The notes under the pieces are model-generated. The model was given only the letters and a program-made list of their open reading frames with translations. It did not search any database and had not been told where the DNA came from. A stretch of DNA of 63,925 nucleotides, filler included, from an uncultured Acidimicrobiia bacterium (GTDB lineage Bacteria > Actinomycetota > Acidimicrobiia > Spongiisociales > JAOTWH01), in NCBI GenBank assembly GCA_964347285.1. It is 6 parts of 6 records of this genome, joined end to end, with 100 filler letters (N's around TTAATTAATTAA, not from the genome) between each part and the next. Parts side by side here need not be neighbours in the genome. Positions count along the whole stretch, not along the records: positions 12,695 to 25,153 come from CAYFYE010000075.1; positions 25,254 to 37,231 come from CAYFYE010000078.1; 4 more parts are not named here. One strand, given 5' to 3'. The position numbers and the translations under genes are program-made. This document shows, piece by piece, positions 20,030 through 29,828 of this stretch; positions within the stretch are counted from its first letter, which is position 1; every line of letters begins with the position of its first letter.

Positions 20030-20214
20030 GACTGGCCATTCTTACATCCCCTCCGCAGTACCCACCCACGACAGGAGTGGCAGCCAGAAGGTGACCAGTC
20101 GGAAGGTGAGGACGGCGCCGACCCGGAGGCGATGCCGAGCCGGGTGAGCGCTGCGACCAGAACACCGAGGGGGACCCTGTTGGTCGGAGACCCTGCCGGG
20201 CCGGTGGTCGAGCT

Positions 20215-20581
20215 GTGGAGAGGATTCGAAGCACGCTGAGCAGGTACCTGGCCGGAGTTGCCTTCTACGGGGTTGTCTACGGCATCGTGACCGGTTTGAC
20301 GCTGCCGCTGTCTGGTGTGCCGCCTGTGCTGCCGATCGCCGCTCTCAGCTTCGTCGCCGGTTTCATCGCCCTCATCGGGGCCATCATCGCGAGGTGTATC
20401 GCAGCGCTGGTCGCCCATTCCTCGAGGGTTTGGTCACTGCGCTGATCGTGCTCGCCGTCATCGTCATCGCCCATCACGCGACGGGGCTGGTCGGGGCCCC
20501 CTTCGTCTTCCTGAACCGGCCTCGCTTCAACGGGCCACGGGGCTGGCGCTCACCACCGGCACCATCATCACCGGGTGGTAG
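20215..20581 (+). pseudogene. Frameshifted membrane-protein remnant
   Basis: Hydrophobic stretches continue across frames: ...FIALIGAIIAR | YRSAGRPFLEGLVTALIVLAVIVIAHH... | ...GLALTTGTIITGW-stop. Confidence 0.4.
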
Positions 20582-20609
20582 GGGCCGCGGTCGGCGTTCC
20601 TCGTCGGCG

Positions 20610-21290
20610 TCACTCCGTGGGGCTCTCTCCGAGTAGGGCTGCCAGGTGGGCGAGGTGATCGCTGTGGACGACCGCCAGTACCTCGTCACCCGCTGCGAGG
20701 CGGGTTTGATCATGGCCGATGATGAGCTCGCTACCACGGATGACGGCGACGATCACACACTTCTCCGGTATGTCCAGGTCGGCGAGGCGCCGACCAACGG
20801 CTGCAGCAGTAGGTGCCACGGTCTCCTCGACGAGCGAGTACTGGCCGCGCCGCAACTTGAGGAGCGTCGTCATCTCCCCGAGCGAAATCTCTTCTGCCAC
20901 GAGGTGAGCGAGCAGATCGCCCTGGTTGAGGGCGGCGTCCACACCCATGTCGGGACGGAATATCCAGGCGTTGCGTGGGTCGACGATGCGGGCGATGACC
21001 CTGGGGACGCCGAACTCGAAGCGCGCCAGCGATGACACCACGATGTTGGTCTCATCCGCTCCAGTGACGGCGGCGAGGGCGTTGGCGTTACGGATACCGG
21101 CTCGCTCCAGGACGTGAGCGTCGGTTCCCGAACCGCGCACCACGAGGTCGCCGCCGAACCGGCTCTCGAGATCGTCGGCATGTCGTGGATCGCTCTCGAT
21201 CACTCGCACTCGGTGGCCGGCCTCTGTGAGATAGGCGGCCAGATGTGCTCCCACCGCACCCCCTCCCACGATCAGGACCGAGAGTGCCAT
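20610..21290 (-). CDS. trkA: TrkA/KtrA-family RCK protein (RCK_N + RCK_C)
   Basis: IVGGGAVG Rossmann motif, GSGTDAHVLERAGI, AVTGADETN, C-terminal VAVIRG...LAAGDEV; SD GAGGAG upstream of ATG 21290. Confidence 0.9.
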   Translation of the reverse strand: MALSVLIVGGGAVGAHLAAYLTEAGHRVRVIESDPRHADDLESRFGGDLVVRGSGTDAHVLERAGIRNANALAAVTGADETNIVVSSLARFEFGVPRVIARIVDPRNAWIFRPDMGVDAALNQGDLLAHLVAEEISLGEMTTLLKLRRGQYSLVEETVAPTAAAVGRRLADLDIPEKCVIVAVIRGSELIIGHDQTRLAAGDEVLAVVHSDHLAHLAALLGESPTE

Positions 21291-21300
21291 CTGCTCCTCC

Positions 21301-21954
21301 TCACCCTGTGCCGAGTAGCTGCTCGAGCCGATCGGCCGCGCCGGCGGCAACTACCAGATACGCGATGTCCCCAGCCTCGAGCCGAGCGTTGCTGTCGGGG
21401 ATGAAGGTGCGGGTGCCTCGGGTGATGACACTGACCTCGATCTCCCCGGGTACCTCCAGTTCGCGACATCGACGGCCCTCCAGTGCCGGAGGCACGGTGA
21501 CCTGGGTGAGATCGACCTGGCCGCCACCCAGGCTGAACACAGTCGACGTCTCCTTGGCGACGAGAAGCTCGGCGAGCCGTTCGACACCCCAGGTGACCGG
21601 CGAGATGGTGATGGTGCCGAGCCGTCTGTAGAGATCGGCCTCCCTCGGATCGTAGATCCGGGCGACCACGCGGGGTACCCGGAAGCGAATCGAAGCGAGG
21701 CGGGCCACGACCGCATTGGCCTCGTCACTTCCCATCACGGCTGCCAGGGCATCCGCAGCGTCGATTCCAGCCGATATGAGCACCGAATGGTCGAAGCCCA
21801 CTCCAACCAGTCTCTTGCCGGGGAATCCCGTCGGAAGGCGTTCGAACGCTGCGGGGTCGGAGTCGATGACCGCCAGTTGGTGTCCATCCAGGGCCAGCCT
21901 CTGGGCCAGCCCCGCTCCTACCCGACCACAGCCCGTGACGATGATCCGCATCAT
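21301..21954 (-). CDS. trkA: TrkA/KtrA-family RCK protein (RCK_N + RCK_C)
   Basis: IVTGCGRVG, GVGFDHSVLISAGI, VVARIYDP; ATG overlaps the P-type ATPase stop (ATGA). Confidence 0.9.
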   Translation of the reverse strand: MMRIIVTGCGRVGAGLAQRLALDGHQLAVIDSDPAAFERLPTGFPGKRLVGVGFDHSVLISAGIDAADALAAVMGSDEANAVVARLASIRFRVPRVVARIYDPREADLYRRLGTITISPVTWGVERLAELLVAKETSTVFSLGGGQVDLTQVTVPPALEGRRCRELEVPGEIEVSVITRGTRTFIPDSNARLEAGDIAYLVVAAGAADRLEQLLGTG

Positions 21955-24719
21955 TTCCTCCCAGGTTTGCGACGCCGCCGCTCCACCGCCTTGCGGCCCT
22001 CATCGGCGAGCGGCAACAAAGGAATCCCGAGCAACAGCCACAGCCATCCGATGGCGGAAAACGGCGCCGTCCCGATGATGGATTGCAGCGGTGGCACGTA
22101 GATGATCAACACGATGACCACGATCTCGGTGAGGATCCCCCACCACAGGAGCCGGTTTCCACTCAGACCGATCCGCAAGAGCGAGATGTCGCGCGACCGT
22201 TGCGCGAAGAGGTTTCCGATCTGGGTGGCAACCACCATGGCCAACGCCATCCCGGTAGCCGACAGGTAGACAGACCCCTCGGAGGGTAGACCAAGCCAAC
22301 CGGTGTAGCCGGCGAGGCGGTAGGCGCCGAAGAACGCGGTCATCACCGCCGCCGCCTGGAGTGGGCCGAGCCACAGGTATGCCCGGCGCAGCACCCGGCG
22401 ATCAATCACGTGATCCGAAAGGCGGCGGGGAGGCTGGTTCATGATGCCAGGTTCCACCGGTTCGGCGCCCAGCGCCAGGGCTGGGGCGAGGTCGGTTCCG
22501 AGGTCGATGGCCAGGATGTGCATCACGTCGAGGGCGAGGGGGATCCTTCCCCCGGAAAGTGCGAAGAACATGAAAGGGACCGCCTCCGGCGTGTTCGACG
22601 TGAGAATGTAGGTGGTGAACTTGCGGATGTTGGCGTAGACCGCCCGCCCTTCCTCTACGGCGGCGACGATCGTGGCGAAGTTGTCGTCGAGCAGAACCAC
22701 GTCGGCTGCTTCCTTGGCGACATCGGTTCCGGCGATCCCCATGGCGACGCCGATGTCCGCCCGTTTCAGCGCAGGTGCGTCGTTGACCCCATCCCCCGTC
22801 ACCGCCACCACATGCGCGAGGCGCTGCAATGCCGTCACTACCCGAAGCTTCTGATCGGGTGTCGCCCGGGCGAACAGGACTTCTCTCTCGAGCGCCGCCT
22901 CCAGCTGGTCGTCGTCGAGCATGTCGAGCTCGGGACCGTTGATGATTCGCACCTCTTCGGAGACGATCCCCACCCGGCGCCCGACCGTGGCCGCAGTGAG
23001 CCCGTAGTCGCCGGTGATCATGACGATGCGAATTCCGCCGCTTCTACAGCGGGCGACTGCGTCTGCTACCTCGGATCTCGGGGGATCCTCCATCGCCAGC
23101 AATCCGAGGAACTCGAGCTGTTGCTCCAAGGCGTCAGCGTCGAAATCACCGCCGGCGGATGCGGCCCAATCGGAAGGGAGGTGGCGCCGGGCCACTCCGA
23201 GCACCCGCAAGCCGTCACGGGCATAGTGTTCGATGGCCTGCGCCAAATGCGCACTCACCGCTTGACCGATCGAGCCCGGGGTGTCGACCAGCGAGCTACG
23301 GGACAGCAACTCGGCGGGGGCACCTTTCACGGACAGCATCGGGTTCCCGTCGACGAGGTTGACGCTGCTCATCCGCTTGCGACCCGAGTCGAACGGAAGC
23401 TCGGCGACGCGAGGACACGTGTCCTGGAGCCCGCTCAGGTCGATCCCGGCTTTCCGGGCAGCTACCAGGATGGCACCTTCCGTGGGGTCGCCGACGATCG
23501 ACCACCGGACGCGCTCCCCGTTCGGTTCGAGCAGGCGAGCGTTGCAGGCGAGAGCCGCGGTCGTGAGGAGATCCACTACCGCGGCATCGGGTTCGGGACG
23601 GATGGTGCCGGCCGGCTCGTACCCGACGCCGTCCACGGAGTGTTCCCCTTTCGGCACCGCCAGGCGTCGCACCGTCATCTCATTCTGGGTGAGGGTTCCG
23701 GTCTTGTCGGTGCAGATCACCGTGGCTGCTCCCAGGGTCTCGACCGCAGACAGGCGTTTGACCAGGGCACGGCGGCGTGCCATCCGCTGGGTGCCCATGG
23801 CGAGGGCCAGTGAGACCGTGGGCAGGAGCCCCTCGGGGATGAACGCGACGATCATTCCCAGGGTGAAGATGAAGCCCCGGCTGAGCGAGAGGTCGCCGAG
23901 AGAGAGGGCGAGCGCGAAGAAGGCGACCCCGACCGCCACCGCGACGACGCTCACCGTGTAGCTGAGCCGTTTCATCTCGATCTGGAGGGGGCTCAATCCC
24001 TCCGCCATCGTCCCGGTGAGGGTCGCAACCCGGCCAAACTCGGTCGCCTGCCCGGTGGCGGTGACGATGGCCCGGCCCCTGCCGGTGGCGACGCTGGTCC
24101 CCGCGAACACGAGGTTGGGCAATTCGGTGCGCGCGCGGTCTGCGATATCGCAGGCCTCGGACGCCTTCCGCACTGGTCGCGATTCACCCGTCAAGGTGGA
24201 CTGATCGACTCGGAGCGAGACGTGATCGACCAGCCGGCCATCGGCCGATACCCGGTCCCCCTCCTCGAGCAGAACGACGTCGCCGGGAACCAGAGCCTCG
24301 GCATCGATCCGGGTCGGCTCGCCACCTCGGAGAACGGTGGCGGAGCGGGGCAACAGGCTACGGAGAGCCTCCGTGGCCTTGTCTGCCTTGTACTCCTGCC
24401 ATGAGCTGAAGAGGCCGTTGATGAGGTTGACGATCCATATCGCTACACCCAGTTCCGGCAATTGCGCAGCGAAGCCGATCCCACCGCCGATCCACAGCAG
24501 CACGGCCATCACGTGCACGAAGTTGGCGCCGTAGCGCAGCAGCGGCGAACGGCGCGAGGCCGACGGGAGGGAGTTCGGTCCGTACTCGATGAGCCGTTCG
24601 GCCGCCTCTTCCGGTGTGAGGCCCGACGGGCGGGTTGCACAAGCGGCGTAGACGTCGGTGGGGGAGAGAACCACCAGCTTCGGCAAGCCGCCGGGCCAGT
24701 CGAGGCCCCTCGCTGTCAC
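21951..24719 (-). CDS. Type II P-type cation ATPase with Na+/K+-ATPase-like (P2C) ion-site motifs
   Basis: TGES, PEGL, DKTGTLT, FDSGRKRMS, KGAP, TGDGVNDAPALK; TM5 YILTSNTPE and TM6 ILAIDLGTD. Confidence 0.92.
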   Translation of the reverse strand: MTARGLDWPGGLPKLVVLSPTDVYAACATRPSGLTPEEAAERLIEYGPNSLPSASRRSPLLRYGANFVHVMAVLLWIGGGIGFAAQLPELGVAIWIVNLINGLFSSWQEYKADKATEALRSLLPRSATVLRGGEPTRIDAEALVPGDVVLLEEGDRVSADGRLVDHVSLRVDQSTLTGESRPVRKASEACDIADRARTELPNLVFAGTSVATGRGRAIVTATGQATEFGRVATLTGTMAEGLSPLQIEMKRLSYTVSVVAVAVGVAFFALALSLGDLSLSRGFIFTLGMIVAFIPEGLLPTVSLALAMGTQRMARRRALVKRLSAVETLGAATVICTDKTGTLTQNEMTVRRLAVPKGEHSVDGVGYEPAGTIRPEPDAAVVDLLTTAALACNARLLEPNGERVRWSIVGDPTEGAILVAARKAGIDLSGLQDTCPRVAELPFDSGRKRMSSVNLVDGNPMLSVKGAPAELLSRSSLVDTPGSIGQAVSAHLAQAIEHYARDGLRVLGVARRHLPSDWAASAGGDFDADALEQQLEFLGLLAMEDPPRSEVADAVARCRSGGIRIVMITGDYGLTAATVGRRVGIVSEEVRIINGPELDMLDDDQLEAALEREVLFARATPDQKLRVVTALQRLAHVVAVTGDGVNDAPALKRADIGVAMGIAGTDVAKEAADVVLLDDNFATIVAAVEEGRAVYANIRKFTTYILTSNTPEAVPFMFFALSGGRIPLALDVMHILAIDLGTDLAPALALGAEPVEPGIMNQPPRRLSDHVIDRRVLRRAYLWLGPLQAAAVMTAFFGAYRLAGYTGWLGLPSEGSVYLSATGMALAMVVATQIGNLFAQRSRDISLLRIGLSGNRLLWWGILTEIVVIVLIIYVPPLQSIIGTAPFSAIGWLWLLLGIPLLPLADEGRKAVERRRRKPGRK

Positions 24720-24841
24720 GACTCGCGCATCCTCATACCTCGACTGTAAGCCGCTCCCAACCTTCCAACCCGTCGGGTCCTCGAGTGCACTGGGAACTCA
24801 ACCGCCCGATTCCAGAGGGCGGAAAGGAGCCGGGCCGGCGG

Positions 24842-25153
24842 CTACCCGCTGAGGCGCCTCGACCCGGTCCCCACCTCCTCGCGCAGGGTCGTAGCGGCGA
24901 GAAACAGGAAGGCGGCAGCCATTGCGGGGAGCATGAGGAGCGGGCCCCAGGCCGAGAGGATCCCGTCGCCACCACCGTCGCCACCTCACCCGAAGCGGAT
25001 GCGGCGGGCGCGGCGTGGTCCGCCTCGGCGTCCTCCTCTGCAGCTTCCTCGGAATCACTACCGACGTCACCGGATTCGGCGCCCTCGAGGAATTGGGCCG
25101 GATCGGCCTGAAACGTCTTGCGGCAATGCTCCGAACAGAACCCAAACTCTGGG
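24842..25153 (-). CDS. 3' part of a YHS/TRASH-domain protein, apparently frameshifted before a C-terminal TM segment
   Basis: From the contig end reads PEFGFCSEHCRKTFQADPAQFL, then an acidic linker; another frame continues GILSAWGPLLMLPAMAAAFLFLAATTLREE...stop at 24842. Confidence 0.55.
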
Positions 25154-25253
25154 NNNNNNNNNNNNNNNNNNNNNNNNNNNNNNNNNNNNNNNNNNNNTTA
25201 ATTAATTAANNNNNNNNNNNNNNNNNNNNNNNNNNNNNNNNNNNNNNNNNNNN
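25154..25253. other. Artificial contig linker
   Basis: N run + TTAATTAATTAA + N run, 100 nt. Confidence 0.98.
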
Positions 25254-25255
25254 CC

Positions 25256-25312
25256 GGCTTGGTCCTGTTCCCGGCGGCGGTGGTGGGGGTGGTGGCGCTG
25301 CTGCTGGTCTAG
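25256..25312 (+). CDS. 3' end of a membrane protein gene (partial)
   Basis: GLVLFPAAVVGVVALLLV-TAG at the contig start, convergent with the GNAT gene. Confidence 0.35.
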   Translation, partial: GLVLFPAAVVGVVALLLV

Positions 25313-25342
25313 GGAACGGGCCGCTGGGGCCGAAAGGGGCCG

Positions 25343-25903
25343 TCAGTAGGTGAGCTTGCGCATCAGCGGCCGGGTCGGAGAGCGCCGGGCGATCTCGGTG
25401 AAACCGGCGTCGCGAAACATGGCGGCGAGGCCCCACCACGCCTCGGAGTTGGCCGCCTTCTCCTTGTCGAGGGGATAGCCCTCGACGGCCTCCGCCCCTT
25501 GGGACCGGGCGTAGTCGACGGCGGCGTCGAGGAGGGCGCGGGCGATTCCCTCCCCGCGCCGGCCCCGTTTGATGTAGAAGCACACGATCGACCACACCGG
25601 GACGTCGTCGACGGCTTTGGTGACCGGTGAGCGGTTGAGGCGCCCGAAATCTGGGCGGGGCCCGACCGATACCCAGCCGACCGGCGCCCCGTCCCGGTAA
25701 GCGAGCAGGCCGGGAGGCCGGCCCCCCTCCACCAGGCGTTGCAGTGCCGCTCGGTTGTCTTCACCGTGGTGCTGGTCGAATTCCCGGCTGGTCTGGCGCG
25801 ACCACATGCACCAGCAGCCGGAGTAGGCGCCACTGGGGCCGAACAGCTCCTCGAGGTCGGCCCAGCGCTCGGGGGTGACGGGATGGAACTCGAGAGCCGC
25901 CAT
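25343..25903 (-). CDS. GNAT-family N-acetyltransferase
   Basis: GCWCMW, PVGWVSVGPR, WSIVCFYI, RRGEGIARALL acetyl-CoA motif, VEGYP. Confidence 0.88.
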   Translation of the reverse strand: MAALEFHPVTPERWADLEELFGPSGAYSGCWCMWSRQTSREFDQHHGEDNRAALQRLVEGGRPPGLLAYRDGAPVGWVSVGPRPDFGRLNRSPVTKAVDDVPVWSIVCFYIKRGRRGEGIARALLDAAVDYARSQGAEAVEGYPLDKEKAANSEAWWGLAAMFRDAGFTEIARRSPTRPLMRKLTY

Positions 25904-25965
25904 GGCGGGAGAGAATCTACCGGACCGGCCTACAGTGACCCAGGCCGAGAGGGGGCGGATCCAAG

Positions 25966-27225
25966 ATGACCAAGCCGAAAGTCGTCATTATCGGGGGCGG
26001 CTTTGCCGGGGTGGAGGCCGCCCGGCGCCTCGGGGACCGGGCCGAGGTCACCCTGGTCTCCCGGGAGAACTTCCTCCTGTTCACCCCGATGCTGGCCGAG
26101 GTGGCTTCGGGAGACGTTGAACCCCGTCACATCACCTCTCCGCTTCGGCAGCTCTGCCCGCAGGCGCGAGTGGTCATTGGTGAGGTCACAGCCGTCGACG
26201 TTGCCCGACGGACGGCCGAGGTGATGCCCGACGTCGGCGTCCGGTCGATCTCGCTCGGGGGCGACGCGCTGGTGCTGGCGGCCGGGTCGGTGCCGGCCGG
26301 GTTCGGTGTTCCGGGCGTCCCGGAGAACACGGTGGAGTTCAAGTCCATCCTCGATGCCCTCCGCCTCCGCCGCCGGGTGGTGGCCCTCCTCGAGGCCGCC
26401 GCCGAGGAGCGGGATGCGCGGCTGACCACGATCGCCATCGTGGGGGCCGGGTATGCCGGCGCCGAACTGGCGGCCGGGTTGGCCGACTTCCTCGCCGATG
26501 CCGTTCCCAAGTTCTACCCGACGGCGCCTCGCCCTCACCTGGTGCTGATCGATGCCGTGGAGCGGGTCACGCCCAACTTGCCGGCCGGATTGAGCCGGGC
26601 GGCGGCCCAGGCGCTCGAGCGTCGCGGTGTCGAGCTGATCCTGGGGCGCAAGGTGACCGAGGTAGGCCGAGCGCATGTGGCCCTCGACGATGGCACCAGG
26701 GTCGAGACCGGGACCACGATCTGGGTGGCCGGCGTACGGCCCGGCCCGCTGGCCGAAGGTCTCGGCCTCGAGACCGACCACTCGGGCCGGATCGTGGTCG
26801 ACACAATGCTCCGCACCGGCCCCGGGGTCTTCGCCCTGGGCGACATCGCCGCGGTGCCCGACGGTCACGGGGGGGTGTGCCCGCCGACGGCGCAGCACGC
26901 CGTGCGCCAGGGCCGCTACCTGGGCAAGCATCTCATCGCGATTCTCGGAGGCTCATCGGTGAAGCCATTCCGCTACCGGACCGTGGGGCAGCTGGTGTCG
27001 CTGGGCCATCGCAATGCCGTGGGCACGGTGATGACCATCAAGGTGTCGGGTTTCGTGGCCTGGTTCCTGTGGCGGAGCTACTACCTGATGCGGCTGCCGA
27101 CGCTGCTCCGAAAGGCGCGAGTCGCCATCGACTGGACGCTCGACCTCATCTTCCCTCCCGACATCGCCGGGCTCCCCGCCGCCGACGTCGGACCGCTGCC
27201 CGGAAGGGATCAGGGAGCCGTCTGA
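25966..27225 (+). CDS. ndh: Type II NADH dehydrogenase-family NAD(P)/FAD oxidoreductase
   Basis: IIGGGFAG, FTPML, IVGAGYAGAELA, FALGD, PPTAQHA, WFLWRSYYL. Confidence 0.82.
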   Translation: MTKPKVVIIGGGFAGVEAARRLGDRAEVTLVSRENFLLFTPMLAEVASGDVEPRHITSPLRQLCPQARVVIGEVTAVDVARRTAEVMPDVGVRSISLGGDALVLAAGSVPAGFGVPGVPENTVEFKSILDALRLRRRVVALLEAAAEERDARLTTIAIVGAGYAGAELAAGLADFLADAVPKFYPTAPRPHLVLIDAVERVTPNLPAGLSRAAAQALERRGVELILGRKVTEVGRAHVALDDGTRVETGTTIWVAGVRPGPLAEGLGLETDHSGRIVVDTMLRTGPGVFALGDIAAVPDGHGGVCPPTAQHAVRQGRYLGKHLIAILGGSSVKPFRYRTVGQLVSLGHRNAVGTVMTIKVSGFVAWFLWRSYYLMRLPTLLRKARVAIDWTLDLIFPPDIAGLPAADVGPLPGRDQGAV

Positions 27226-27312
27226 GCGACTCGGGGGCGTTCGGGCGGCCGCAGGGCCCCAGGGGGCCGGCCGGGACTTTGCAGGACGGGCCGGTCTCGC
27301 CATCATGCACCC

Positions 27313-28314
27313 ATGGCCCTGATCGAAGTGGAGGATCTGGTCAAGGTGTACCCAGGCGGAGTACGGGCCGTGGAGGGGATCTCGTTCGCGGTCGACGAGG
27401 GCGAGGTGTTCGGCTTTCTCGGGCCCAACGGCGCCGGCAAGACCACCGTAATCCGCATCCTCGTCACCCTTCTCGCCGCCACCGAGGGCAGAGCCTTCGT
27501 CGACGGACTCGATGTCAGCGCCGAGCCCGAGGAGGTCCGCAAGCGCATCGGGTACGCCGCCCAGTTCATCGGGGTCGACGACGACCTGACGGGCCGTGAG
27601 AACCTCATCCTCCAAGGACGGCTACACGCCGTCCCTGCCCCGAGCGCCCGTGCTATGGCCGACGAGCTGCTCGAGGTGTTCCAGCTCACCGACGTCGCCG
27701 ACCGCCGGGCCGGGACCTTCTCCGGAGGGATGCGACGCCGGCTGGACTTGGCCCAGGCACTGGTGCACCGTCCCCGGATCCTGTTTCTCGACGAGCCCAC
27801 GACCGGACTGGACCCCCAGAACCGGCGGGCCCTGTGGACCTATCTGAAGAGCCTCAATGCCGACGGGGTGACGATCTTCCTCACCACCCAGTACATGGAG
27901 GAGGCCGACGAGCTGACCGAGCGGCTGGCGATCATCGACCACGGGCACATCGTCGTTGAGGGGTCGGCGGAGGCTTTGAAGGACGAGCTGGGCGGTGATT
28001 CGATCACGATCACGCTGGCACCGCAGGCCGGCGACGGCCAGCTGGATGCGGCCCGCAACTACCTGGCCGGGCTCTCCGACGTGGGGGACATCCAGGCCTT
28101 CGATCAGTCGCTGGCCGTCTTCGTTCGGGACGGAGGGGCTCGCCTCCCCGAGATCGTCCGCGGCCTCGACGCGGCCGGGGTTCCGGTAGCTCGCTTCGAG
28201 CTCGCCGAGCCCCGCCTGGACGACGTGTTCTTACGCCATACCGGCGATCGCCTTCGTGTCGAGGAGGTCAAGCCGCCCAGCAGGCACGCGTTGAGCCGGA
28301 GGAGGAGGCAGTAG
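27313..28314 (+). CDS. ABC exporter ATP-binding subunit (DrrA-like)
   Basis: GPNGAGKT, FSGGMRRRL, LFLDEPTTGLDP, LTTQYMEEAD. Confidence 0.92.
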   Translation: MALIEVEDLVKVYPGGVRAVEGISFAVDEGEVFGFLGPNGAGKTTVIRILVTLLAATEGRAFVDGLDVSAEPEEVRKRIGYAAQFIGVDDDLTGRENLILQGRLHAVPAPSARAMADELLEVFQLTDVADRRAGTFSGGMRRRLDLAQALVHRPRILFLDEPTTGLDPQNRRALWTYLKSLNADGVTIFLTTQYMEEADELTERLAIIDHGHIVVEGSAEALKDELGGDSITITLAPQAGDGQLDAARNYLAGLSDVGDIQAFDQSLAVFVRDGGARLPEIVRGLDAAGVPVARFELAEPRLDDVFLRHTGDRLRVEEVKPPSRHALSRRRRQ

Positions 28315-29081
28315 TGCTGCGCACCCTCGACGAGAGCCGGGTGCTGTGGGGCCGGCACATGCGCAAGCTGGTCCGAGTTCCGCTGCTGCTCTTCTTCAGC
28401 CTGTTCCAGCCCCTTCTGTTCCTGGTCCTGTTCAGCCAGGTGTTCGACCGGGTGGGGGACTTGCTGCCCCAGTACGACACCTACCTCCAGTTCCTGGCGC
28501 CCAGCATCATCGCCCTCACCGCCCTCAACTCCGCTTTCCAGTCTGGGATGGGCATGGTCACCGACATGGAGGAGGGGCTGCTCGACAAGTTCCTGATCGC
28601 ACCGATCCACCGCCACAGCATCCTGTTCGGCAAAGTCCTCGCCGACGGAAGCCGCATCATGGCCCAGGCCTTCATCGTGGTGGCGGTTTCGTTCGCCATG
28701 GGGGTTCGCTTCCAGACCGGGATCCCCGGAGTGCTGCTGATCATGGTGATGGCGGCCGCATTCGGGATCGCCTGGGCCGGGTTGTCCAACATCATCGCGC
28801 TGCGGACCGGGAACGCCGAGCTGACCATGATGCTGGGCATCCTCATCACGTTCCCGGTGCTGTTCCTCTCCACCTCGTTCATGCCCTCGGCGCTCCTGCC
28901 CGACTGGCTGGACACGGTCGCCCAGTTCAACCCGATCACCTACATCGTGGAGGCGATTCGCGCCGTGACCAACGACGGCTGGGCGTGGGGGGACATCGGG
29001 CAAGCGTTCGCCGTCACCGCCATCCTGGGGGTGGTGACCTTCACCGCCGCCACCCGGGCCTTCTTCAGGGCGATCGAGTAG
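28314..29081 (+). CDS. ABC-2 type permease (DrrB-like)
   Basis: Six hydrophobic segments, LPDWLDTVAQFNPITY; coupled to the ATPase. Confidence 0.9.
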   Translation: MLRTLDESRVLWGRHMRKLVRVPLLLFFSLFQPLLFLVLFSQVFDRVGDLLPQYDTYLQFLAPSIIALTALNSAFQSGMGMVTDMEEGLLDKFLIAPIHRHSILFGKVLADGSRIMAQAFIVVAVSFAMGVRFQTGIPGVLLIMVMAAAFGIAWAGLSNIIALRTGNAELTMMLGILITFPVLFLSTSFMPSALLPDWLDTVAQFNPITYIVEAIRAVTNDGWAWGDIGQAFAVTAILGVVTFTAATRAFFRAIE

Positions 29082-29828
29082 GTGCGGCTGGTAGTTCTCG
29101 GCTCGGCCGGCAGCTACGCCGCCCGCGGGCGGCCGGCCTCCGGCTTCCTCATCCGAAGCGGCGCCACCGACATCCTCATCGATGCCGGGCCGGGGACGTT
29201 CATGCGGCTGCTGGAGCATTCCGATCCGGCCCACCTCGCAGCGGCGGTGATCTCACACCGCCACCCCGATCACAGCGCCGACCTGCTGGCGCTCTTCCAC
29301 TACCTGGCCTATGGACCGGATCGTCACCGCCTGCCGATGTACGTTCCCGAGGGAGGCGCTCAGGCCGTGGCCGCCTTTCTCGACGCCGGCGACGACCATG
29401 CGGTGTGGAAGATCTTCGATTGGCGCACGGTGACCGAGGGGGATTCGGCGCTGGTCGGTGCGGTCCAGCTCTCGTTCGCCCGCACCGCTCACCCGGTGCC
29501 CACGGTGGCGGTGCGGGCCGAGGCCGATGGCCGGATCCTCGTCTACTCGGCGGATACCGGACCGGGCGGCGGGTTGCCCCGTTTGGCCGAGGGGGCTCAC
29601 CTGCTCCTGTGCGAGGCCACCTTCCAGGGAGAGCTGGGTGGGCAGCCCTATCCCCATCACCTGACCGCCGGCGAGGCCGGGGCCCTGGCCGCTCGAGCGG
29701 GCTGTGAGCGCCTGCTGTTGACCCACCTGATCCCTAGCCTGGATGCCGAGCGCTCGCTTGCCGAGGCGCGAGTGGAATTCGATGGTCCGGTGGCGACCGC
29801 CGAGCCGGATATGGAGGTAGAGGTGTGA
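29082..29828 (+). CDS. Metallo-beta-lactamase-fold hydrolase (RNase Z/BN-like)
   Basis: LGSAGS, IDAGPG, SHRHPDH, YSADT, LTHL; usual position upstream of rph. Confidence 0.85.
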   Translation: MRLVVLGSAGSYAARGRPASGFLIRSGATDILIDAGPGTFMRLLEHSDPAHLAAAVISHRHPDHSADLLALFHYLAYGPDRHRLPMYVPEGGAQAVAAFLDAGDDHAVWKIFDWRTVTEGDSALVGAVQLSFARTAHPVPTVAVRAEADGRILVYSADTGPGGGLPRLAEGAHLLLCEATFQGELGGQPYPHHLTAGEAGALAARAGCERLLLTHLIPSLDAERSLAEARVEFDGPVATAEPDMEVEV

